DNA from: an uncultured Clostridia bacterium
GTDB taxonomy: Bacteria; Bacillota; Clostridia; Christensenellales; UBA1242
Assembly (NCBI GenBank): GCA_944381105.1
Contig: CALWJU010000010.1
Coordinates: forward strand, 1 to 58,563
Reading direction: 5' to 3'
DNA length: 58,563 bases
Part shown: piece by piece, positions 50,501 through 58,290 of the stretch
Numbering within the stretch: position 1 is the first letter of the stretch
Layout of the letters: each line of letters opens with the position of its first letter
Notes under the pieces: generated by a model
What the model saw: the letters and a program-made list of their open reading frames with translations, nothing else
What the model was told of the DNA's origin: nothing
Database searches by the model: none
Position numbers and translations under genes: made by a program

Positions 50501-50977
50501 AAGATTAAAAAGATTGAAAGAATTAGACAAGAAAGTTATGACAGAAAGTTATCGAAGAACCATGACGTCATACTAGTAGAGGCACAAAAACGAAGAGACG
50601 AAGAGGTTAGGCAGTTGCAAAATGCTAAGAAGATGTTTGAAGAAGATAAGGCTAGACTTGAAGAAGAACACAAAGCCTTTGTTCGAGAAAACAGACTTAA
50701 TAGCAAAGGAAAGATATCAAAGGAAATTGAAAAGTCCATCAAGAAATACAATAACGATATAATCAACCTTGATGAAAAGATTTCTATTATTTCTGAAAAG
50801 ATTGATACAGTTATGTCTGCCGACTATCTCTTAACTATTGAGCGAAGAATAGTTGCCGAAGAGGACAGCCAACTCAAAAAAGACAAAAGAGAGTACAAAA
50901 AAGAACTCAAAAGAATTAAAGAAATGGAAAAGAACTCTCGTAAGTCAGAACCTCAAAACAATGATGAGGAACAATAG
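47510..50977 (+). CDS. Large acidic surface protein: signal peptide, repeated carbohydrate-binding-like modules, TM, cytoplasmic coiled coil
   Basis: AHA cleavage site; repeated NGDF / YKxxF / LxLG / GxVxxD units; D/E/T linker; TM PWLLVSSLIFAVAIIIAIIGF; TTGATT-17-TATAAT promoter at 47436-47464. Confidence 0.82.
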   Translation: MLKTRKSKSNLLKLCVAFLFPFTLFGGLMTTQFAHADGENYAYYYQENVSVTNGDFTSGSVLSSGDNLSGWTVTDETSSSNATGMFVDTGTGSSTSDDESNATFSENQERYLLNENPGANLGDDSRILMINSKSNSNSTNVSASKGYYSDSISLEANSFYKFTIAVRTMTNGDSKPVSASIYVDGLTDSEGEEVKAGIEDITSQVWHEYFIYIATGASSQEVNIQLYLGGDDGVVSSGAVFFDSVSGVRLSENAFFEECYSSNAGYQGQDRLIASGEERCFVIDSLVDNSSLIDTSAGQNFDFEFKDVNDDANSLNTLGNYWSILEAHDGHAYIENIRDMQPTYFKNTYGYEYVGDDLTYNNKNAMILTTLGESGYVGVQSSEFEIKAHTVYKISFNIKVAGIESGSFYFKVQENDTIYSLYSDILTDDEEDTTKDYLALQDGQTSSISSNSENAPMNDYQTVEMYVKGHSLYDTSVNFQLWLGDSETSANGTVVIDNITVEYASDEEFSSASNSVEFTSFSSDPATIPNSYFNSTEADGPGSYPISATDWTSEIESEDYNTSGVVYLYDLAHYNENYLGKYDWAGIYPGQIRNDINGVVLPNNVYMMYNSVNSYQSLTSSTYTLDNDSYYKLSFNYYNENRGSLNASKIKVEVVDENGIVLFSQDNISSRDNWNTMNIFFHTAELVSHNIQVVIHFGEDDPDKKVGGIVYLDNFVVEESNETEFNAYTSIYKADLTNYFLNLTENGEVSSTITTTSAYDFAVEPIYDLAGEEEFDFANGGIISGNNNPYGNEFVINDSNYLAIQTFLASRASLTSAYTISMDADGYYKLTFDLATIFGESALNASTDEHDCQYGVTITVDGFEPITEIVTGGDLKSYTIYFNASEAVAPTISFTLVSDCHETIGTALITHLDFNSVTESEYNNAVLSSNYGSTVFTSAQNATESDEDTDTDEDTDEDTSTDDTTEPEATSPWLLVSSLIFAVAIIIAIIGFALRHVKIKKIERIRQESYDRKLSKNHDVILVEAQKRRDEEVRQLQNAKKMFEEDKARLEEEHKAFVRENRLNSKGKISKEIEKSIKKYNNDIINLDEKISIISEKIDTVMSADYLLTIERRIVAEEDSQLKKDKREYKKELKRIKEMEKNSRKSEPQNNDEEQ

Positions 50978-51056
50978 GGTTAAAAAATAGTCAAAAATAT
51001 TTAAACAGTATAACTCTTAAATAAAGCAGTGAAATATTGCTTAAATTGAACTCAAA

Positions 51057-51358
51057 CAAAAAACCGCCAGACTATATCTGGTGGTTTTTCATATAACGGG
51101 TAAAACCCTCCATTACAAGTAGCAAGAAAATCGTGCTAACTTACCTAGGCATAGGTTATTCACTCCTATTTTTTCATAATCTTTTACATTGTTCTATCTT
51201 TCATTATTTGTTGCTCCATTTTATTGATTGTGTAGTATTCTCCCTTCGCTCTCCTTATTCTTTGATTTTTTTCGTTCAACGGCAAACCTAAAACAATCAC
51301 CAGATTATCTGGTGGTTTTATTATACAACAAAAAACCGTCAGAATATCTGGCAGTTTT
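51057..51358. repeat. Three related terminator-like hairpins
   Basis: AAACCGCCAGA..TCTGGTGGTTT (51057-51089), ATCACCAGA..TCTGGTGGT (51295-51318), AAACCGTCAGA..TCTGGCAGTTT (51332-51358). Confidence 0.75.
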
Positions 51359-51613
51359 ATTAAACAAATAATAGATAATAAAAAATAATGACACTTTAAT
51401 AGTCATTATTTTTTATTATTATGAAGTTTTAAACCATTTATATGTTTCAAAGAAAAGTATAAAAATATATAATAGTTATTGAAAAACATTAAAGATTAAT
51501 AAGATTAATTATTTTTCAAAACATAATCTACGAGAGGCTCTATATATTTTTCATCCGTCCAATCACAATTTTTATCTTTCGCCTCCATTAAAGCCATACT
51601 ACCATAGTAGGTA

Positions 51614-52144
51614 TCAATCCTCGTCATCGTCGTCATAGTCATAGTCGTCATCGTCTATATCATCATCGTCGTCTATATCGTCGATATCGTCGTCATCATC
51701 ATTATCATCGTCATCGTCATCATCCGAAAAAACTTCATCATCAAAAGAGATATCCGAGTCATCCTCGTCAAATGATAAATCTTGCGTCAAATCATCGTCA
51801 TCGTCAAGCAATGAAGACTTTGTTATATCGTTGACAGAAGCCATTTCTCCTGTCTCGTCGTCTATTGTCATTATGTCGTCCTCATCCTCACGAACCATAT
51901 AGTCCTCCCAATCGGAGTTAAGTTCGCCGTCTTCATTCTGATGTTCTTTTAAACAACTTGAACACATAATCTCATCTGGTTGTATATAGTTGGTCTTGCA
52001 TATAGGGCAAAGTTCGAGGTCAATATCATCGACATAGTCCCGTCTTGCCTCCATTTCAGCCTTACAAACAGGGCAGAATTTATCTTTTTTTTGTATATAA
52101 TTTATCTCACATCTAGGACATCTTATATAAACAGGTTTTTTCAT
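51614..52144 (-). CDS. Double zinc-ribbon protein with a poly-Asp tail
   Basis: CPRC..NYI..CPVC and CPIC..NYI..CSSC, then an Asp-dominated C-terminus; AGGAG RBS. Confidence 0.85.
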   Translation of the reverse strand: MKKPVYIRCPRCEINYIQKKDKFCPVCKAEMEARRDYVDDIDLELCPICKTNYIQPDEIMCSSCLKEHQNEDGELNSDWEDYMVREDEDDIMTIDDETGEMASVNDITKSSLLDDDDDLTQDLSFDEDDSDISFDDEVFSDDDDDDDNDDDDDIDDIDDDDDIDDDDYDYDDDDED

Positions 52145-52239
52145 ATTTCACTCCTTAACATACATTTTTTAATGTCTAACACATTATACATATATATTAT
52201 AAAAAAGTCTAATGTTTTTCTTAATTTTTTATAATTTTT

Positions 52240-52878
52240 TTAAGATTTTTTTGTAACCCTTTCCTCTAAACTTAACTCTGCTTGGCTCTTTCTCAAATAT
52301 AACGGAACAAGTTGATTTTCTCCTATCTCAAAGCCACTATCTTTCATTTTTAAGGATAGCATTAGTAATTCCTCTGCGGTAGGGCTAACCTTCTTTTCAG
52401 CCACATCCTCCTCTTCAAGCCCTATCTTGACTAAACTTAGGCTATCAAGTTCCTTTTTTGTAATAACTTTTGCCTCTTCAATCGCCTTTCCTCTCTTGTC
52501 CCTTTTTTGTATGTAGACAAGACCGCTAAGTGCGTCTACAACAGTTAGAAAGTCGCCCTTTATAGTATGACTACGCAAATAACTATATGATATTAAATCA
52601 AAAGTGGTTATCGGTATTACCTTGCTTTCTTTACCAGCACAGAATCCTTTTACAAGTGCCATTCCTATCCTTATCCCTGTGAATGAGCCTGGTCCTACCA
52701 CCAGCGCATAGCGGTCATTTTTGTCAATACTACTGCCTATATTATCAAGCATTTTATCAATTTTATACAGTATATTTTCTGAATGTTTGCAGTTTGAGTC
52801 AAGCGTGGCAAAATCTCTCTTATTATTTATTTCAACCGCTATCAGTGCTTGTTTGCCAGATGACGATATCGCTATCAT
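52240..52878 (-). CDS. tsaB: tRNA threonylcarbamoyladenosine biosynthesis protein TsaB
   Basis: HSE, GPGSFTGIRIG, PLYLRKSQAE. Confidence 0.92.
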   Translation of the reverse strand: MIAISSSGKQALIAVEINNKRDFATLDSNCKHSENILYKIDKMLDNIGSSIDKNDRYALVVGPGSFTGIRIGMALVKGFCAGKESKVIPITTFDLISYSYLRSHTIKGDFLTVVDALSGLVYIQKRDKRGKAIEEAKVITKKELDSLSLVKIGLEEEDVAEKKVSPTAEELLMLSLKMKDSGFEIGENQLVPLYLRKSQAELSLEERVTKKS

Positions 52879-53060
52879 ATTGCTCCCCTTTATTCTTAAT
52901 AATTTTACTTTAACTTATATACTAAATATTTTTGAATATTCCTTTAAAATTTATTTTAAATATTTTTATTATAAATTGACCATATAAAGATATAAAAAAT
53001 TCTTTCATTAGGTTAAAATTTAATCATACTCAAAAAGAATTTAAATTTCTTATTTACCTT

Positions 53061-53501
53061 TTAAACCTCATTTCCTACAATAATTTTTCTACTGTCGCCG
53101 TCAAGTTTTTCTATTATTATCTCAATATGAGGGCATGTAATAAGACCTGACACATTCTCTGGCCACTCGACAAGCACAACTCCGTCAAGGTGTTTGAGGT
53201 CAAAATATTCATTAAAACCTAGTTCCTCAGCCTCTTCCTTTGAAGAAAGTCTATACATATCAAAGTGATAAATAGGCACTTTCCCGCCCTCATAAACGTT
53301 CATAATGGTAAAAGTTGGGCTTGTTACGAGAGCGTTACTCCCCATGCCTTTGACAAACCCCTTTACAAAGTGCGTTTTGCCTGCACCGAGGTCGCCAACA
53401 AGTGTAAATACCACCCCTTTGCCGACTGTCTTTGCAAGTTTTTCAGCCACTAGCATAGTTTCTTCTTCATTTTTTGTTATAACCGAAAATATCTCTTCCA
53501 T
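53061..53501 (-). CDS. tsaE: tRNA threonylcarbamoyladenosine biosynthesis ATPase TsaE
   Basis: GDLGAGKT, SPTF, HFDMYRL, VEW. Confidence 0.96.
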   Translation of the reverse strand: MEEIFSVITKNEEETMLVAEKLAKTVGKGVVFTLVGDLGAGKTHFVKGFVKGMGSNALVTSPTFTIMNVYEGGKVPIYHFDMYRLSSKEEAEELGFNEYFDLKHLDGVVLVEWPENVSGLITCPHIEIIIEKLDGDSRKIIVGNEV

Positions 53502-53641
53502 ATTTTTCTTATCCTTATACTGAAATTTATAATTTTATTTTCTAAGTTTATTAAGTTCAAATTTTTGTCCTTGTTAAACCTTTTTATGTAAATTAATTAT
53601 ACCGCTTTTTAAGATTATTTTTATATTGAGTTTTTTAAACT

Positions 53642-53724
53642 GGCATGCGATAGCACAATAAATTGTGCTTTTGCGTCAGCAAAACTTAAAATTTAAGCGT
53701 GCTTAAATTTTAATATCGCATGCC
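53642..53724 (+). repeat. Four-way-junction element B3
   Basis: GGCATGCGATA / GCACAAT-aa-ATTGTGC / TTTTGC-gtca-GCAAAA / TTAAAATTTAAGC-gt-GCTTAAATTTTAA / TATCGCATGCC. Confidence 0.95.
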
Positions 53725-53760
53725 GTCCTAATATCACTTATCTCTTACAACAATCTTATA

Positions 53761-54318
53761 TCACTCTTTTTTTATCCTTACAACCACCTTTATCTTTCTG
53801 ACATATTTGTGATAGACAAACAAACCAAGACATGCAAAGAAAATTCCAACTGCCATGCCAACAAGAGTGTCTGACAGATAATGCGCACCTAGCACCATAC
53901 GTGAAAAGGCTATTGCAAAAGGAAAGATTACGCAAAAAAGTCCGCCTAACACCTTAGTGCTATTATATTTCGTTGTAGTTAAGATATGATAAAATAGAAA
54001 TGTCGCAAAGAGTCCTCCGCATAGGCTATGTCCTGACGGCATACTATATCCGCTCTCCCCACCATAGTTTAATATAGTAGGGTCAGCCTCAAACGGTCTT
54101 TCTCGTCCAATTATTACCTTTAAGATTTGATTAATAATTGAAGCAATAGCAAAGGTTACAAGAAAAACATAACTGAGCCGTCTCTGTCTTATAAAGAATA
54201 CCACAAACAGAATGACAAAGCCGAGATAACTGCCAAACAGGGTTATAAATTGAAACAGAGCCACAAAATTTACACTAGCATTAGACTGCAAAAATTTTAT
54301 TATTTCCACTTCATTCAT
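53761..54318 (-). CDS. PAP2-family membrane phosphatase
   Basis: KxxxxRxRP, PSGH, SRMVLGAHYLSD; start 54318 or 54336. Confidence 0.92.
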   Translation of the reverse strand: MNEVEIIKFLQSNASVNFVALFQFITLFGSYLGFVILFVVFFIRQRRLSYVFLVTFAIASIINQILKVIIGRERPFEADPTILNYGGESGYSMPSGHSLCGGLFATFLFYHILTTTKYNSTKVLGGLFCVIFPFAIAFSRMVLGAHYLSDTLVGMAVGIFFACLGLFVYHKYVRKIKVVVRIKKE

Positions 54319-54424
54319 ACCCTTATATTGTAACATATTACGACAAAAAATACAACAGATTTTTAGTTGTCTGTTGTATAGTTTTGTTTTTAGTTAATTT
54401 TTATATTGACTTAAAGATTATGTT

Positions 54425-55006
54425 TTAATTTAACTTCACACTCACACTAAAACCGTCATCAATATCATAAAATGTGGTTGACATATTTTTGTCTTCTTTC
54501 AAGGTCTCTATAAACTGTCTTAAATGTTCCACCATTGAGCGATGTTTATGAGGAATTTTTCCCTCGCTCTTGACAAGTCCTAGCAAGTTCATATTGTCGC
54601 AGAATAGCACACCGTCCTTTTCTAAGAGATTTTTCAGAATTGGATAGTAATTTTTATACTGCCCTTTTGCTCCGTCTAAAAATATAAAATCATAGGTTTG
54701 CCCCTGACTTTCTAGTTCTTTAAGAACTTTAAGTGCGTCATCGACGTAGAGGGTTACTCGCCCTAAAAGGTTAAGCCTCCTAAAATTTTCTATCGCCTTA
54801 TTTGCACGAGTCTCGTCCTTTTCAATGGTTGTAAGGTGCCCGTCGCAACTTTTTAGTAGTAACGAACCTGAATAGCCTATCGCAGTCCCTATCTCCAAAA
54901 TCCTCTTTGCCTTTTTATCTCTACAAAATTCACAGAGTTTCTTTGCTGTCTCCTCTCGTACAATAGGTATATAGTTCTGCCTTGCCTCTTTTTTTATCTC
55001 TTCCAT
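54425..55006 (-). CDS. O-methyltransferase (YrrM/TrmR-like)
   Basis: LEIGTAIGYS, DFIFLDGAKGQY, DN. Confidence 0.88.
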   Translation of the reverse strand: MEEIKKEARQNYIPIVREETAKKLCEFCRDKKAKRILEIGTAIGYSGSLLLKSCDGHLTTIEKDETRANKAIENFRRLNLLGRVTLYVDDALKVLKELESQGQTYDFIFLDGAKGQYKNYYPILKNLLEKDGVLFCDNMNLLGLVKSEGKIPHKHRSMVEHLRQFIETLKEDKNMSTTFYDIDDGFSVSVKLN

Positions 55007-55018
55007 AACAGCCCTTAA

Positions 55019-56671
55019 TTAGTCAAGTGAGACAATTGTCAAAATCATAGGACGACGTTTTGTACGTCTAAATATAAAGTTTGACAGATTTCGACGAAGA
55101 GAGGCTCTTATCACTGATGGTTCAACGCCTCTAAGGTCAGATTCTTTTAGTGAGGCTATAATTGTGGCTTTGGCGTCTTGAACAAAACTTTCTTGCTCGT
55201 CAGCATACACCACTCCTCTTGTGATTATAAATGGATCGCTGGTAACCTCGCCTGCAACATTGTTGATATTTACGCAGACAACACAGATTCCGTCCTCAGC
55301 AAGTTGTTTTCTCTCCCTCAGTACATTGCTATCCATATCGCCTATTCCCATACCATCAACTAGACGCTGACCTGCCTTAACAAAACCTACCTCTTTCATT
55401 GAGTTTGCCCCTAGTTCAACCTGCATGCCTATGCTTGGCAATATTATATTGCGACTATCCATACCTAAGGTCATAGCAAGTTCCTTATGAGTTTTTAGGT
55501 GTCGATATTCGCCATGCACTGGCATGAAAAACTTAGGTTTAACAAGGCTGTGCATGAGTTTGAGTTCCTCTTGACATGCGTGCCCCGAGGTATGAACATC
55601 GGCAAGTTCGTCATAGATTACATCAGCACCAAGTTTATAGAGTGCGTTTATAACGTTGTACACATTCTTCTCGTTTCCAGGTATTGGAGAGGCAGAGAGG
55701 ATAACAAGGTCGTTTGGTCTTATCTTGACGCTCTTAAACTCACCCGCAGCCATACGAGTCAGTGCACTCATAGGCTCGCCCTGACTGCCTGTTGTCATGA
55801 TAAGCACCTCTTTATCGTCAAGTTTATCAACCTTTTCTATATCAACAATATTCTCTCTATTAAAGTGAAGTTCTCCAATCTTCATAGCAACTTCGCTGAC
55901 ATTTATCATGCTTCTGCCTGTAAAGGCTATCTTTCTATTATACCTCTCTGCAATATCCATAATCTGTTGCATTCTATGGATGTTTGAGGCAAACGTAGCA
56001 ACTATTATACGATTGCTAGCGTGATTTTTGATTATCTCGTCAAGAGTTCGGCCTACCGATTTCTCGCTCATAGAATAACCCTTTCGACAAACGTTTGTAC
56101 TTTCGCATAAAAGAAGATTTACCCCCTTTCTCCCTATCTCGCCAAGTCTTGAAATGTCGGTCATAACTCCGTCAATTGGCTCATAGTCAATCTTGAAATC
56201 GCCTGTATGCACAACCGTTCCTACTGGGGTGGTGATTGCAAGAGCGAGAGAGCCTGCTATTGAGTGGCTAACCTTAATAAATTCTATTGAAAACGAGCCG
56301 AGTTTAAGTACATTTCTAGGCTTTACTGATATAGCCTTATATTTAATCTTTGGATGCTCTTTCATCTTGTTTTCGACTAATGCAAGTGTAAGCCTTGTAC
56401 CATAGATTGGTACATTCAACTGTTGAAGCAAAAATGGTACTGCTCCTATATGGTCCTCATGACCATGAGTGAGAAGAAGTGCCTTAACTTTATTTTTGTT
56501 CTCTACAAGGTAGGTCATATCAGGTATAACTATATCTACACCTGGCAAATCGTCGTCTGGAAAAGTTAGTCCAGCATCTATAAGTATGATTTCGTCATTA
56601 TATTCAAGTGCGGTCATATTTTTTCCTATCTCGCCCACACCACCGAGAAAGGTAACTTTTAATTTGTTCAT
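55019..56671 (-). CDS. rnj: Ribonuclease J
   Basis: LGGVGEIGKN, THGHEDHIG, TGSQGEPM, HTSGH, PVHGE. Confidence 0.97.
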   Translation of the reverse strand: MNKLKVTFLGGVGEIGKNMTALEYNDEIILIDAGLTFPDDDLPGVDIVIPDMTYLVENKNKVKALLLTHGHEDHIGAVPFLLQQLNVPIYGTRLTLALVENKMKEHPKIKYKAISVKPRNVLKLGSFSIEFIKVSHSIAGSLALAITTPVGTVVHTGDFKIDYEPIDGVMTDISRLGEIGRKGVNLLLCESTNVCRKGYSMSEKSVGRTLDEIIKNHASNRIIVATFASNIHRMQQIMDIAERYNRKIAFTGRSMINVSEVAMKIGELHFNRENIVDIEKVDKLDDKEVLIMTTGSQGEPMSALTRMAAGEFKSVKIRPNDLVILSASPIPGNEKNVYNVINALYKLGADVIYDELADVHTSGHACQEELKLMHSLVKPKFFMPVHGEYRHLKTHKELAMTLGMDSRNIILPSIGMQVELGANSMKEVGFVKAGQRLVDGMGIGDMDSNVLRERKQLAEDGICVVCVNINNVAGEVTSDPFIITRGVVYADEQESFVQDAKATIIASLKESDLRGVEPSVIRASLRRNLSNFIFRRTKRRPMILTIVSLD

Positions 56672-56721
56672 TGTTTTCTCCTTTTAAATATTTTTTATTG
56701 TTAAAAATACAAAATATATCG

Positions 56722-56852
56722 ACTATGTGATGATTAAATTTTATTAACATAAAATTTTATTAAATTCTTGCGAATTTATGTGCTTTTAGCACACTCATCA
56801 CATAGTTTGTAAAACCATCAGTCTCACCCTTACAAGCAAGTTGGAATTCCGA
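56722..56852 (-). repeat. Four-way-junction element A6 (inverted orientation) plus shared leader
   Basis: Core 56722-56806; reverse complement reads TCGGA..AACTTGCTTG..GTGAGACTGATGGTTTT..ACTATGTGATGA GTGTGC..GCAC AAATTCGCAAGAATTT... Confidence 0.93.
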
Positions 56853-56883
56853 TTATTTTGTATTTTGTAAAACTATTTTAAAC

Positions 56884-57040
56884 CTGCGTGATAGCACAAT
56901 TTTTTGTTCTTGCTCCTCCACATGCACGACAGCGAGAGGTGAATTGTCTAACCTCGGCTATAACGTCCCCTAGCACAAAAAATTGTGCGTTTTGCGAAAG
57001 CAAAACTAAAATTTAAAGAATTTAAATTTTAATCACGCAG
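56884..57040 (+). repeat. Four-way-junction element B4 with an insert in arm 1
   Basis: CTGCGTGAT / GCACAATTTTTTGT [67 nt] ACAAAAAATTGTGC / GTTTTGC-gaaa-GCAAAAC / TAAAATTTAAA-gaa-TTTAAATTTTA / ATCACGCAG. Confidence 0.92.
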
Positions 57041-57366
57041 TATATGTCAAACTCTTCTTAGAGTGAACTTTCGCAATTTATTTTTTTTACTGATGTCATT
57101 CAAGTAAAGATTATTGTAAAATTTGTTGACATTAACTTTTTTAAAATTTAATTTTTCTAATAAGAACATGTTAATATGTCAAGTTTGTTATTGATTTTCA
57201 TAATACTTAATTTTTGATTGTCAATACCTAAATTTTTCTGTTTTTTAGGGTTATTTGAAAGTCTTACCCTTTTTTATCCTAATATTCAATTGACTTAGTG
57301 AATTTCTTTAAAAGGGCACACAAAAAACCTAAGCCTTGTTTGGCTTTACCTTTTGTTAAAACATGA

Positions 57367-58290
57367 TTAAAGGATATATTTTGCATCCTCAATCTTATCG
57401 ACTTCTTCAAGTTTCTTAGGGGTAAGAATGGTGTCGCTATCAACATAAAACCTCATACCTTGACTTGAAAAGAACATTACCATCTCAAAGATATGGATAA
57501 GAGGAGAAATTAGTGGCAAAATGATAATTATTGCGTAGAGACCTAGCACCATAGAAAGCACTATGGCGAGCAAAAAGATTACAAAAGCGGTGGAGAAAAC
57601 TCTTGCACCTCGACGCAAAACCGCCCTCATTCCTATCATAAAAGACTTAAAAATATTTTGATTATATACCACTTTTGCAGGTGCCCAGCCAGCAGTAAAG
57701 GTCTCCTTGAATGCCATAAAGATAGCAGGGACGATTACAAAAGCAAAAGGCATAATATAGTCAAAAATTTCATTATCAACACGAGTGAGCGACCACATAG
57801 AAAGTACTATCAATACGTTGAAAGGCATGGAATAAAAGGTCTTTAATAGCGAATAAATAAGTGAAGATTTGAGTGTTTTAAGATATGTGCCTGTGAAAGA
57901 TTGTTTTTGGCAAGAGGACATATATCCATACATCATCTCACACATAACAAACTTTCCTATGTTAAGAAGTAATGGCAAAAGGACAAAGGAGATGATGATA
58001 AAATACACACCTATTGCCACATTTGAAAAAATCTCTCTAAAAAACAAGATGACAAAATCGGCAACAGCAGTCAGACCACTTGCTATAATTGAGCCGTAGA
58101 GAGTTCCTGACTCAAACATGCTACTAAGTCCAGAGTCATCAAATGCCACTCCACCAGCAGAGATAAAGTAGTCATAGAAAATACATAGCAGTCCGAAACA
58201 TGCACCAATAGATAAAATATGGTAAACAAGTAGTTTCCACACCTTATCAAAATTTGCACACAAAAGTCTTAATGAGTTTCTAAACATCAT
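57367..58290 (-). CDS. Multi-pass membrane protein of unknown function
   Basis: About 6-7 hydrophobic segments; start probably at MMFRNS (58290). Confidence 0.78.
   Translation of the reverse strand: MMFRNSLRLLCANFDKVWKLLVYHILSIGACFGLLCIFYDYFISAGGVAFDDSGLSSMFESGTLYGSIIASGLTAVADFVILFFREIFSNVAIGVYFIIISFVLLPLLLNIGKFVMCEMMYGYMSSCQKQSFTGTYLKTLKSSLIYSLLKTFYSMPFNVLIVLSMWSLTRVDNEIFDYIMPFAFVIVPAIFMAFKETFTAGWAPAKVVYNQNIFKSFMIGMRAVLRRGARVFSTAFVIFLLAIVLSMVLGLYAIIIILPLISPLIHIFEMVMFFSSQGMRFYVDSDTILTPKKLEEVDKIEDAKYIL

Noticed and set aside
714-58099. Numerous 60-160 aa antisense or overlapping ORFs (for example 5068-5439, 34189-34668, 55499-55987)
   Set aside because: Shadow ORFs opposite well-supported genes, with no RBS or motifs.
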